From NCBI GenBank assembly GCA_030156535.1, contig JASGMJ010000009.1, positions 74,643 through 138,642 on the forward strand: 64,000 nt of DNA, in the 5' to 3' direction. A program made the position numbers and the translations under genes. The stretch comes from Candidatus Sumerlaeota bacterium. GTDB lineage: Bacteria; Sumerlaeota; Sumerlaeia; SLMS01; JAHLLQ01. Shown piece after piece: positions 47,013 to 56,828 of this stretch. Positions within the stretch are counted from its first letter, which is position 1; every line of letters starts with the position of its first letter. Under the pieces are notes generated by a model. It was not told the DNA's origin. It worked only from the letters and a program-made list of their open reading frames with translations, and did not search any database.

Positions 47013-48578
47013 ATGAGCCAGTCGTTTCCCTTTCTGCCCGACCATTCCCACCTCAACGAGGTGCGCTACGAGAAGGTCGCCGCCCTGCGCGCCGCAGGCC
47101 GCAATCCCTACCCGGCCTTCTTCGACTGCACGCATCTTGCCGCAGACATTCTGGCCAATGAGGCCGACTACATCGACCAGCCCGGCAAGGTCGTCAGGAT
47201 CATGGGGCGCGTTGGCCCCATTCGCGCCTTCGGCAAGTCCGCCTTCTTCCACGTCACCGACCGTTCCGGCAGCATCCAGATTTTCATCAATAAGAAGAAC
47301 ACCGACGAGGAGAGCTTCGAGACCTACAAGCAGTTTCTCGACACGGGCGATCTCGTGGGAGTGACCGGCACGCTGTTTCGCACGAAGACGGGCGAGACCA
47401 CCGTCGAAGCTGCGAATCTCGCGCTGCTTTGCAAGAACACGCGCCCGCTCCCCGAAAAGTGGCATGGCCTCACGGACAAGGAGGTTCGCTACCGCCAGCG
47501 TTACGTCGATCTCATCGTGAACCCCGAAGTGATGGAAACCTTCAAGGTTCGCTCCCGGCTGGTAAGTGCCATGCGGCGCTTTCTCGATGGCAACGACTTC
47601 ATGGAAGTCGAAACGCCCATGATGCAGCCGCTGTATGGCGGCGCCGCAGCGCGTCCGTTCGTCACGCACCACAACACGCTCGACATGGATTTGTACCTGC
47701 GCATCGCGCCGGAGTTGTACCTCAAGCGCCTCGTGGTCGGCGGGATGCACCGCGTCTATGAGATCAACCGCAACTTCCGCAACGAAGGCATCTCCACCCA
47801 GCACAACCCCGAGTTCACGATGCTGGAACTGTATGCCGGCGGCTGGAACGCCAGCCTGCTGATGGACTTTGTCGAGGAGCTGCTGACCGAGCCGATCCGC
47901 GCGGCGCTCGGAACGACGGTGATTACGCTCGGCGGCGCCGAATTCGATCTCGCGCGCCGTCCCTGGCCGCGCATCTCCATCATCGGAGCGCTCGCGAAGT
48001 TTTGCGGCATCGACGTCAACTGGAGCATGTCTCTGGGGGAAGTGAAGAAAGCCGCCAACGGATTGCACGTGCCTGATGAAATCTCCACCCCCGTGGATGC
48101 CATCGTGCATCTGTTCGAGGAAAACGTGGAGCAGCACCTTGTCGAGCCGACGTTCATCACCGAGTTCCCCAAGGCGATTTCGCCCCTGGCAAAGTCCAAG
48201 GACGACGATCCCGAAGTGACTGATCGCTTTGAACTCTATGCGAACTGCATGGAAATCGCCAATGGCTTCAGCGAGCTCAACGATCCGGCCGAGCAGTACG
48301 GGCGCTTTGCCGAGCAGGTGGAGCGCCGCAAGGCGGGCGACGCCGAGGCCGTGGGCGTGATCGACGAGGACTACGTTCGCGCTCTCGAGTACGGAATGCC
48401 GCCGACCGCCGGACTTGGCGTTGGCATCGACCGCTATGCGATGCTCGCCACCGGCAGCGCCTCCATCCGCGACGTGATCCTGTTTCCCCTGATGCGCCCC
48501 GATTCGGGAACAACCGGCTCCGCCGCTCCATCAGAGGATGACGCCAGCACCACCGAGCAACAGCCGGAGAAAACGTGA
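47013..48578 (+). CDS. lysS: Lysine--tRNA ligase (class II)
   Basis: LPEKWHGL, YRQRYVDL, EVETPMM, LRIAPELYLKRL, FRNEG, HNPEFTMLE, YGMPPTAGLGVGIDR. Confidence 0.97.
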   Translation: MSQSFPFLPDHSHLNEVRYEKVAALRAAGRNPYPAFFDCTHLAADILANEADYIDQPGKVVRIMGRVGPIRAFGKSAFFHVTDRSGSIQIFINKKNTDEESFETYKQFLDTGDLVGVTGTLFRTKTGETTVEAANLALLCKNTRPLPEKWHGLTDKEVRYRQRYVDLIVNPEVMETFKVRSRLVSAMRRFLDGNDFMEVETPMMQPLYGGAAARPFVTHHNTLDMDLYLRIAPELYLKRLVVGGMHRVYEINRNFRNEGISTQHNPEFTMLELYAGGWNASLLMDFVEELLTEPIRAALGTTVITLGGAEFDLARRPWPRISIIGALAKFCGIDVNWSMSLGEVKKAANGLHVPDEISTPVDAIVHLFEENVEQHLVEPTFITEFPKAISPLAKSKDDDPEVTDRFELYANCMEIANGFSELNDPAEQYGRFAEQVERRKAGDAEAVGVIDEDYVRALEYGMPPTAGLGVGIDRYAMLATGSASIRDVILFPLMRPDSGTTGSAAPSEDDASTTEQQPEKT

Positions 48579-50182
48579 GCGAAACAACCGTCCCCAGCAT
48601 CACGAACCGCCGAACACCCACGTCCACGTTTCTTGGGCGCGTGGGTGGCTTCTTGATGGACCTGCTTCTGCTCGCCCTCTTTCTCGTGTTTGGCGTGGCG
48701 CTGCTCGACATTGTTGTGAAGCTCATCGTTTTGATCGTCGGCTACGTGATGGCCGTCAAGGAGCCGAGCTACTTCAAGCTCGCGCTCGAAGGGTGGGGGC
48801 CAACGCGGCATCGCGACGACTGGGTTGGCCTGGTCGTGTCGATTGGTGCGTCCGCCGTGCTCGGCGTGCTCTTCTTCTACGGACTGAAACTCCGCCGCTT
48901 TCTTCTCTCACGCCTGATTGACGCCGGGTTCGAGAGCTTCATCAGCAAACGCTATCTGATCTCCCGGGAAAGTGGCTCGCTCGTCAGCCTCATCACGGTG
49001 GTTTCCGTGTTGGGCGTTTCCGTGGGCGTGATGGCGCTCGTCGTCGTGATCTCGGTGATGAACGGATTCGACAGCATTTTCCTCGACCGCATCATGGGGG
49101 TGTTCGGGCACGTTGAGGTCCGCGCGGACTACTTCGATCCCGACGCGGAGTTCAGCGAGGCCCAGGCCGAGCAGATCATGAAGCTTGCGGAAAGCACTCC
49201 CGGGATCGTGGCGGCATCGCCGCTGATCCGCCGCGAGACGTTCTTCCAGGTTCAGGTCAGCGCCTCGCAGAAGCAGCACGGCATCCGCATCTACGGCATC
49301 GACCCGACGCGGGAAAACAAGGTGACGAATCTGATGGCCAGCGTCATCGAGACGAGCCCCGGCGTCCCCGGGCAGGCAGTCCCCGGGCGCAACGAGATCG
49401 TTGTCGGCAGCGAACTCGCCCGCCAGGCCGGCATCGTTGTTGGAGACACGATTCACATCTTCGGCAAGACGGTCGTGACAGCGCGCGGGCCCACGCCCAA
49501 ATGGATTCCGCTCAAGGTTGTCGGTATCATGGAGACGGGCCTCCACGACGTGGACTCCTTCTTCGCCTATACGAACATCGAGACGGCCCAGAGTCTGTAC
49601 CTGACTTCCGGGAAGATCCCGGTCGTCCACATGAAGGTGAAGGATGCCTACGAGGCGACGCGCATTGCCGAGCAACTTGCCGGGCAACTGCCGCGAAACT
49701 CCTACCTGATTACTTGGGAGAGCTTTAACCGCGAGTTCTTTGCCGCGCTGAAGACCGAGAAAATCGCCATGTTCATCATTCTGCTGATGATCGTGCTCGT
49801 CGCTTCGCTCAATATCGTCGGCACGCTGGTCATGGTTGTGACCCAGAAGACGCGCGAGATTGGCATCCTGAAGAGCATGGGCGCCACCAAGGCGATGATC
49901 CTGCGCGTGTTCCTTTTTCACGGTGCCTTCATCGGACTGGTGGGAACGTCGCTCGGGACGGCGTTCGGGCTGTGGCTTTGCCGCTTCGTCGACAAGGACA
50001 TCCACAAAATCTTCCAACTCCCCGGTGCTGTCTACGGACTCGACCGGCTGCCTGTGCTCGTCGATTTCACGACGATCGCCTCCATCTGTATTTGCTCGTT
50101 CCTTATCTGTCTGATTGCGGGCCTGATTCCTGCATTACAGGCGGCCAGGCTCAACCCCGTGGAAGCGCTCCGCTATTCCTGA
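48575..50182 (+). CDS. Lipoprotein-releasing ABC permease LolC/E family with extra N-terminal TM segments
   Basis: [47 protein letters not shown]. Confidence 0.9.
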   Translation: MSETTVPSITNRRTPTSTFLGRVGGFLMDLLLLALFLVFGVALLDIVVKLIVLIVGYVMAVKEPSYFKLALEGWGPTRHRDDWVGLVVSIGASAVLGVLFFYGLKLRRFLLSRLIDAGFESFISKRYLISRESGSLVSLITVVSVLGVSVGVMALVVVISVMNGFDSIFLDRIMGVFGHVEVRADYFDPDAEFSEAQAEQIMKLAESTPGIVAASPLIRRETFFQVQVSASQKQHGIRIYGIDPTRENKVTNLMASVIETSPGVPGQAVPGRNEIVVGSELARQAGIVVGDTIHIFGKTVVTARGPTPKWIPLKVVGIMETGLHDVDSFFAYTNIETAQSLYLTSGKIPVVHMKVKDAYEATRIAEQLAGQLPRNSYLITWESFNREFFAALKTEKIAMFIILLMIVLVASLNIVGTLVMVVTQKTREIGILKSMGATKAMILRVFLFHGAFIGLVGTSLGTAFGLWLCRFVDKDIHKIFQLPGAVYGLDRLPVLVDFTTIASICICSFLICLIAGLIPALQAARLNPVEALRYS

Positions 50183-50198
50183 GCCCCGCCGAGTGATC

Positions 50199-50579
50199 AT
50201 GGAACCCTGCTTGAACGATCTGGCCCAGAAGATCGGTATCCCGCTCACCCAGCGGCACATTTTCCTCTGTGCAAGCCCTGAGAATTCAACGCACGAGGAA
50301 CGCCAGTTGCTCTCCGAAGCGTGGGGCTACCTGGAGCACCGGCTCAGCGAGTTGCACATCGAGGATCACGGCAAAGTCTTGCAGGCTCGCATGGGCACGC
50401 CCAAGGTGGAGGGCCCGGCGCCTCATGCCGTCGTCTACCCCGAGGGGACCTGGTATCACTCGTGCACTCCGATGGTGCTCGAACGCATCATTCGCGAGCA
50501 CCTGATTGGCGGCCGCCCTGTCACCGATTTCATGGTCCACTGGGGCAAGCCGCGCAATGGCGCTACTGAGGTTCACTGA
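50199..50579 (+). CDS. Thioredoxin-like (2Fe-2S) ferredoxin homolog lacking most Cys ligands
   Basis: [36 protein letters not shown] signature. Confidence 0.75.
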   Translation: MEPCLNDLAQKIGIPLTQRHIFLCASPENSTHEERQLLSEAWGYLEHRLSELHIEDHGKVLQARMGTPKVEGPAPHAVVYPEGTWYHSCTPMVLERIIREHLIGGRPVTDFMVHWGKPRNGATEVH

Positions 50580-50592
50580 CTCCGTTCTGCAC

Positions 50593-50621
50593 TTGCCTGC
50601 GCATCCCGATTTTCGTAACCT
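50593..50621 (+). promoter_or_regulatory. Possible sigma70-type promoter for the PD-(D/E)xK-PIN pair
   Basis: TTGCCT-N17-TAACCT; RBS AGGAGG before ATG 50680. Confidence 0.45.
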
Positions 50622-50679
50622 CACACCAATGAATCCGTAGTCTGGGCCAGATTTGATGGCCCCGGACAGGAGGAGTTGT

Positions 50680-51132
50680 ATGCAATTCGACATTGTTCTC
50701 CGCGATGAGGTCAAAGGACTTATGGCCATCATCGAGATCAAGGCGTCCAGAGACCCGTGGTCTGCTGAGGAAGCGGCCGAATATCGTTCTTCCCTGCTCG
50801 CCTCTCTCCCGGTGCGGCCAAGGTACTTCCTCCTGCTCACTCCCGAGCAGGGGTACCTGTGGATGCAGGACGATGCCATCGCCCCTCCTGCTCCGCCACG
50901 CCTGAGTTTCCCCATGGCCCCCATCGTGACTGGCTACTTCGACCGAAGTGGAAGAGAACGGCCGAGCAGGCCTGAATTCGAGTCCCTTGTCTTTCGCTGG
51001 TTGCTTGGCTTGGTCAGCCGAGTTGCAGATGGGCAGGAAACAGGAGGCCGGGAGACCGAAGACCTGTTGGCTGCCTGTGGATTCATCGACGACATTCAGG
51101 GGTCTCTCGTGCTTCCCGAGGCAGCGGCGTGA
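50680..51132 (+). CDS. Hypothetical protein with PD-(D/E)xK-like motif
   Basis: FDIVL...IIEIKA; strong RBS; GTGA overlap with next gene. Confidence 0.65.
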   Translation: MQFDIVLRDEVKGLMAIIEIKASRDPWSAEEAAEYRSSLLASLPVRPRYFLLLTPEQGYLWMQDDAIAPPAPPRLSFPMAPIVTGYFDRSGRERPSRPEFESLVFRWLLGLVSRVADGQETGGRETEDLLAACGFIDDIQGSLVLPEAAA

Positions 51133-51755
51133 TCCTCTACGTGGAGACCAATTTCCTCCTGGAAATCGCGCGGCAACAAGACCACGCTCAGGAAGCCGAG
51201 GAACTGCTGCTACTCGGCAGTGACCGCAGCCGTTTGCGCCTTTTCTGCCCGGCGCACTGTATTGGTGAGGCAGCGGCCAACATTGGATACCATCACCAAG
51301 AGCGCCTTCCATTGCTGGTGAGTTTGCAAAAGCAGCAGCGCGAATTAGGGCGCTATGCAATCGAAAGCGGACTGACCGATTTGATCGGAAAACTGGATAG
51401 CAGAATGCATGCTGTTCGGAAGCACGAAGAGTGGCGCCTGGAACAAACAGTTGAAAAACTGCTTCGCTTCGATGGGGCCTTGCCTACACCTTATCTTGCC
51501 TGTGGAGACGCTGCGGAGTTCGAGCTTGAGTACGAACTCCGTTTCTCAGATGCTCTCCTGCTTGCAACCGTCATCCGCCATGCCCGAACACTTTCTGAAG
51601 AACTAAAGGCCTTCGTCAGCCGTGACAGAAAGGATTTCGGAGGCCGTGTCGCGCGCGAGGTTCTGCGCCGTGAGAACATCAAGTACCTGACGACTTTCGA
51701 GGCCGCTCTGGCACTCGCGAAGCGGCATCGCGGGGAGCCGGGCAAGTCCGATTGA
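51129..51755 (+). CDS. PIN-domain protein
   Basis: ILYVETNFLLE, CIGEA, FSDALLLA, FVSRDRKDF acidic-site pattern. Confidence 0.78.
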   Translation: MILYVETNFLLEIARQQDHAQEAEELLLLGSDRSRLRLFCPAHCIGEAAANIGYHHQERLPLLVSLQKQQRELGRYAIESGLTDLIGKLDSRMHAVRKHEEWRLEQTVEKLLRFDGALPTPYLACGDAAEFELEYELRFSDALLLATVIRHARTLSEELKAFVSRDRKDFGGRVAREVLRRENIKYLTTFEAALALAKRHRGEPGKSD

Positions 51756-51810
51756 TTTCTCGTCTTCGAAGCTTTTTTGAGCGCTACCACACAAGAAGGA
51801 CCCAACAAGC

Positions 51811-52743
51811 ATGAGGCTTTGCACCGTTCGCACAGGGGATCTCGATCCCTTCTTTGGCATTCTCATCAAGAACAAGATACTGCGCCTCTCTGTGGCGGCG
51901 GCACGCATGGGTCTGCGTCCAGCCCAGCGCGCCTACTTCGACGATCTCCTTGTCTACCTCCAGGGGCTTCCCCATTCGGAAAAGCAACTCCGCAAGCTGC
52001 TCCAGGCCATTGCGGATTCCCCCAAGCAGATCGTTGGCAACGCCGAGGACGGATTTCCGTTTCTCATCCCTTCGGGTGACGTGACGTATCTGCCGCCCGT
52101 GCGCCGTCCCGGCAAGTTCCTCTGTATTGGTCTGAACTATCGCGATCATTGCGAGGAGCAGAACAGGCCCATCCCCGAGTTCCCCATCGTCTTCAACAAG
52201 TTCGCCACCTCGCTCATCGGGCATGGCGCGGAGATCCCGCTTCCCCTGAAAGCCGACGAGCAAATCGACTACGAAGCGGAGTTCGCCTTCGTCATTGGCA
52301 AGACGGCCAGGCGCGTCAAGAAACGCCACGCCATGGCGCACGTTGCGGGCTACATGATCGTCAACGACGTTTCAGCGCGGGCGCTCCAGGCGCGCGAGCG
52401 CCAGTGGTCGCGCGCCAAGGGATTCGACGGCGCGGGTCCGTGCGGGCCATTCCTCGTCACGCCCGACGAAGTCGAAAATCCCGGCAGCCTCGCCGTTCGC
52501 CTCAAGCTCAACGGCAAGGTCATGCAGTCGTCGAACACCAAGCACCTCGTCTTCGGAATCGAGGAACTCATCCAGCACATCTCTGCCGTCATCACACTCG
52601 AACCGGGTGATGTTATTTCGACGGGTACGCCGGGCGGCGTGGGGCTCTACCGCGAGCCCCAGGTCTTCCTCAAGCCGGGTGACATGGTGGAAGTCGAGAT
52701 CGAGAAGCTCGGCACGCTGCGCAATAGCTGCATCAAGGCGTAG
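51811..52743 (+). CDS. Fumarylacetoacetate hydrolase family protein
   Basis: CIGLNYRDH, DYEAE, NDVSAR, KGFD, LEPGDVISTGTPGGVG. Confidence 0.93.
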   Translation: MRLCTVRTGDLDPFFGILIKNKILRLSVAAARMGLRPAQRAYFDDLLVYLQGLPHSEKQLRKLLQAIADSPKQIVGNAEDGFPFLIPSGDVTYLPPVRRPGKFLCIGLNYRDHCEEQNRPIPEFPIVFNKFATSLIGHGAEIPLPLKADEQIDYEAEFAFVIGKTARRVKKRHAMAHVAGYMIVNDVSARALQARERQWSRAKGFDGAGPCGPFLVTPDEVENPGSLAVRLKLNGKVMQSSNTKHLVFGIEELIQHISAVITLEPGDVISTGTPGGVGLYREPQVFLKPGDMVEVEIEKLGTLRNSCIKA

Positions 52744-55252
52744 GGAGCGCCACGCCTTTCGGCCAGAGGATCAAATCGGCAAAGTACCACGGTTCTTTGC
52801 CCCAGCCAATGCCGGGGGTGAGTTCGATCCACCCCTCGCGCGCACCGGGTTGGTCTTCGTCCGTATCGTTGTGGATGACGTTGAAGCCCATGATCCGGCC
52901 CGGTTCCATGATGGCCGGATCGATCACAGCCGCAGGGATGCGCAGTTCATAGGACACGCGCCCGGCCGATTCATCGGCGTGGATGGCGATGGTGCATTCC
53001 TTCTCGACAATGGAGGCGATGCGGCCTTCGGGAAAGTGCCCGGGATAGAGCCAGTTCGTGCCGTCGCGCATCCTGGCGATCTCGAACTCGTAGTCATTTT
53101 CGTCAAACGTCTCGCCTTCCTCTGCATCGTTCAGAACATCGAGTGCGATCTGCAGGGAATCGTAATCCCAGAACACGGTTGAGAAGGGAAAAATGAGAGC
53201 GTCGTCCGTCACTTCAATGGCGATGTAGAGCGCCTCGCTGTCCCACCCGAGCCAGCCTTCGATGGAGACATCCTGCGCGCCACCCGCTCGATTGGGATTA
53301 AAGTCGACTTCCGTGAACCACGAGGGATGAAGCACCGGAGTCCGGCTCTTCCATTCGGACAGATTTCCGTCAATGGTCGGTTGGGTTTCCAGAAACGGCA
53401 CGGGAATCGGAAGGAGCGTTGTGGAGGCTTCTGTCACGGCTTCGTTGGAACGGACCTTCGCCGAGATTGGAAAGGATTCGCCGGGTTGGATCGTTGTCCA
53501 ATCCACCGCCGCGCTGGCCGTTGCCAATGCCTGCGCGGGGAGACCGAGCGGAACGGTGATTGGCGCGAAATGCGGGAAGGTGAATTCCACGGAAGCCGTT
53601 CTTTGGCTGGCCGTTCTGTTGCTGACTTCAAGCAGCACTTCACCTTGGGGAAGTGCCGTGCGCGAAAGCGCGGGGAAGCGCGCATTGATCGGTGGAAGAA
53701 CGTTCAGGCGATAGCTGACCGGGTACTCCACGCCATCGATGACGATGTGCCCGGTGACATCCAGCAGACCGGTGGGGGTGCCTTCGGGCACTTTGACGAG
53801 CCACTGATCGCGTCCCCAGAAGATGGGCGCGCCCTCCGGGAAGCGCAGGGCTGATGTCTGTCCGCCGGTGGCGCAGGGAAACGGCACTACTTCGCCCGGG
53901 ACAACGTCCAAAACTCCCAGGTACTCTCCGTCCGCCCGCCGCATAGTGTGGCGAACGACCTCGCGAAGTGCCGGGCCAGTGCCTTCGAGGAACACGGGGC
54001 CAAAGCCGTCCGTGTCATTGGCAACGGGAGCGGTGCTCAACCGCGAGATGATCATTCCCCCGGCGTCGGCCGTCCGTGCCAACCGCTGTTCGACCACCGC
54101 TGCGCTGTCCAGTGGCAGGCCTTCCGGTGTTTGGTAGTCAGAAGCTTCCTCGTCACTCCAGAGTACGAGAACATCGGCATCCGGTCGTGCAAAGAGAAAG
54201 CCCTCCACATCGGGCCTGGGCGTCCAGCGTCCCAAAAACTCAGCGTTCCCCAACTGCCTGGAGAGCAGGCGATGCGCCCAGAAGGAAGGCTTGGGCGAAC
54301 CGTCGGCTCGCACCAGGCCACGGAACGATTTGGCATCCGCCGCGTTCTCGTCGCCGGTCCAGTCTTTCAGAGTCAGTTGAAAGACACGTTCCACGCCGTG
54401 CGAGACCCAGAGAACCTCGCTGCGGATCATGCGCTCGGCCTGCTGCGCTTCCGTGACGCCTGCCGGGCCCGTGTAGATTCCCGTCTCCGTGATCCAAAGG
54501 GGCTTCTCGTCATCGTTCTCGCGCATGATGCGGCGAAGGATGTCGATTTCGCGGCGCTGCCTGGCTTCTGTCGGGTCGTTGCCGTAAGTGTGATAGGAGA
54601 GAACATCAAAATAACCCTTCGCCCCATTGGCGTACATCCCGCGCACGAAGCGTTCATCCGCGCCTGCCAGAGCCCCGCCGAGGATCACGCAGTCCGGGTC
54701 GGCCTGCTTGGCGCGCTCGTAGCTGACCTGAAGGAGGCGTGTGTAGTGGGCGACGTTGGGCTTTGGGGCCCAGAACGGCAGGATATTCGGCTCGTTCCAG
54801 ATTTCCCAGTGCTTCACGTGGTCCTTATAGCGGTCCACCATGCGATAGACGTACTCGCCAAACTGCTGGATCTCCTCCTCGGTCGCGGGAGCATCCTGCT
54901 TCCACGCGGAACCATAGCACAGAATAATCACAGGATTTACGTTGGCATCACGAAAATCCTGGACGGCTGCGTCGAAGTAATCCCATTCCCAGCGGTCGGG
55001 TTCGGGCTGGACAAGTCCCCACCAAAGATCCCGACGGTCCCATCGTGAACCTGTCAGGAGATAGAGGTCCATGAAGGCATCAGCCTCTTGCAGGGCAGCG
55101 GGGTCCGGCTTCGCGTGGCTGTACTGGAACCCCATAATGCCAAAGGGATTCGGTGACGCCTCCGCTGGTGCCGGTGCCTGCCTTTTGGCGCATCCGGTCC
55201 CGGACAACATGACGGCCACCACACAGGCGGCCAGAATCGTCTTGAAGCTCAT
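52733..55252 (-). CDS. Lipoprotein glycoside hydrolase (clan GH-A, GH39/GH5-like) with C-terminal CBM9-like domain
   Basis: Lipobox-like LSGTGC; WEIWNEPN and WITETG catalytic Glu pair; PTIDGNLSEW, WDSEALYIAIEVTDD, YELRIP, GFNVIHND. Confidence 0.82.
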   Translation of the reverse strand: MSFKTILAACVVAVMLSGTGCAKRQAPAPAEASPNPFGIMGFQYSHAKPDPAALQEADAFMDLYLLTGSRWDRRDLWWGLVQPEPDRWEWDYFDAAVQDFRDANVNPVIILCYGSAWKQDAPATEEEIQQFGEYVYRMVDRYKDHVKHWEIWNEPNILPFWAPKPNVAHYTRLLQVSYERAKQADPDCVILGGALAGADERFVRGMYANGAKGYFDVLSYHTYGNDPTEARQRREIDILRRIMRENDDEKPLWITETGIYTGPAGVTEAQQAERMIRSEVLWVSHGVERVFQLTLKDWTGDENAADAKSFRGLVRADGSPKPSFWAHRLLSRQLGNAEFLGRWTPRPDVEGFLFARPDADVLVLWSDEEASDYQTPEGLPLDSAAVVEQRLARTADAGGMIISRLSTAPVANDTDGFGPVFLEGTGPALREVVRHTMRRADGEYLGVLDVVPGEVVPFPCATGGQTSALRFPEGAPIFWGRDQWLVKVPEGTPTGLLDVTGHIVIDGVEYPVSYRLNVLPPINARFPALSRTALPQGEVLLEVSNRTASQRTASVEFTFPHFAPITVPLGLPAQALATASAAVDWTTIQPGESFPISAKVRSNEAVTEASTTLLPIPVPFLETQPTIDGNLSEWKSRTPVLHPSWFTEVDFNPNRAGGAQDVSIEGWLGWDSEALYIAIEVTDDALIFPFSTVFWDYDSLQIALDVLNDAEEGETFDENDYEFEIARMRDGTNWLYPGHFPEGRIASIVEKECTIAIHADESAGRVSYELRIPAAVIDPAIMEPGRIMGFNVIHNDTDEDQPGAREGWIELTPGIGWGKEPWYFADLILWPKGVALPTP

Positions 55253-55273
55253 TCCCCACTCCTCGGCCCGATA

Positions 55274-55474
55274 TCAGAGTCCGTACAGAACAAACCCCAG
55301 CTCCATGCCGCCGGCGATCAGGGCGAAGAGCAGCAGGGCGCAGAAGATTGAAAGCGCGAACTCGACGAGAAACTCGTCGGTTTCCATGCGCCTCCAGTCC
55401 GCCCGGATCATCCGGTGGAGCCGTTGCCAGTCATTTACCGCCTCGCGCGGATCAGGGGAGTTCCGCCAGTCCAT
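55274..55474 (-). CDS. Small membrane hypothetical protein
   Basis: MDWRNSP...FALSIFCALLLFALIAGG; GGGAGG upstream. Confidence 0.45.
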   Translation of the reverse strand: MDWRNSPDPREAVNDWQRLHRMIRADWRRMETDEFLVEFALSIFCALLLFALIAGGMELGFVLYGL

Positions 55475-55707
55475 GGGGACAGGCTTCCCTCCCCGGCTCC
55501 GACGGTCAAAGGGATTTGGAGACTCACGTGGCTCGTTCCAGGGGGCATCGCTGTCCCGGGGATCGGGCGCCCCTGTTGGCTCTGTTCTTCGAACCGCAAA
55601 CCGCGAGCCGCGAGGAACGGAAAGGTCCGCTCCTTTCATCTCTCCTTGCCCGCCCCTTGCTTCCCGGGGCACCGTCCTCCGCCATTTCTCATGAGGATGC
55701 CACGGCT

Positions 55708-56775
55708 ATGTCCAAGAGCTTCAAGATTGCAGTTATTCACGGTGACGGCACCGGACCGGAAGTCATGCGCGAGGGCCTGAAGGTTCTCGACGTGGCCGCC
55801 AAAAAGTACGGCTTTTCCTATGCGCGCGAGGACTACGATCTCGGCGGCGAGCGCTACTTGCGCACCGGCGAGGTACTCCCCGATTCCGTGCTCGAAGAGC
55901 TTCGTGCCCAGGACGCCATTTACCTCTCCGCCATCGGGCATCCAGACGTGAAGCCCGGCATTCTGGAGAAAGGCATCCTGCTGCGTCTGCGTTTTGAACT
56001 CGATCAGTACATCAACCTGCGCCCCGTGAAGCTCTATCCGGGTGTCAAGAGCCCGCTCGCCAACAAGGGCGCCGAGCACATCGACTTCGTCGTCGTCCGC
56101 GAGAACACCGAGGGCCTTTATGCCGGTGCGGGCGGCAACCTGAAGAAGGGCACGCCCGACGAAGTCGCCATCCAGGAATCCATCAACACGCGCAAGGGCG
56201 TCGATCGCTGCCTGCGCTACGCCTTCAACATCGCGAAGGAACGCCAGCGCAAGCAGCTCACGCTCGTCGGCAAGACCAACGTGCTCACGTATGCCTTCGA
56301 CTTGTGGGAACGCGCCTTCAACGAAATGGGGCCGAAGGAATTCCCCGCCGTGAAGCGCAACTACCACCACGTCGATGCCTGCTGCATGTACATGGTGATG
56401 GCGCCCGAGATGTACGACGTCATCGTGACGGACAACATGTTCGGTGACATCATCACCGACGTGGGGGCGATCATCCAGGGCGGTCTGGGCATTTCGGCCT
56501 CCGGAAACCTGAATCCCGACGTGGGCGGCGTTTCGATGTTCGAGCCCGTTGGCGGTTCCGCGCCCCAGTTCACCGGCCAGAACGTCATCAACCCGCTCGC
56601 GTGCATCAACGCGGGGGCGATGATGCTGCGTCATCTTGGCGTGGCCGACGCAGCCAATGCCATCGAAGGCGCCGTCGCAAAGGTGTGCGGCGAACTGCCG
56701 GGTCTGAATATTGGCGAAACAGGCAAGGGAACCGACGAGATCGGCGACCGCGTGGCGGCACTTGTCGCCGGATAA
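55708..56775 (+). CDS. leuB: 3-isopropylmalate dehydrogenase
   Basis: GDGTGPE, NLRP, VRENTEGLY, KTNVL, TDNMFGDI, FEPVGGSAP, INP. Confidence 0.9.
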   Translation: MSKSFKIAVIHGDGTGPEVMREGLKVLDVAAKKYGFSYAREDYDLGGERYLRTGEVLPDSVLEELRAQDAIYLSAIGHPDVKPGILEKGILLRLRFELDQYINLRPVKLYPGVKSPLANKGAEHIDFVVVRENTEGLYAGAGGNLKKGTPDEVAIQESINTRKGVDRCLRYAFNIAKERQRKQLTLVGKTNVLTYAFDLWERAFNEMGPKEFPAVKRNYHHVDACCMYMVMAPEMYDVIVTDNMFGDIITDVGAIIQGGLGISASGNLNPDVGGVSMFEPVGGSAPQFTGQNVINPLACINAGAMMLRHLGVADAANAIEGAVAKVCGELPGLNIGETGKGTDEIGDRVAALVAG

Positions 56776-56828
56776 ACCGGGTATGCTCGTTGCATCCGCC
56801 CGAATCCATTCCCACCCGGAGGTGCTGC

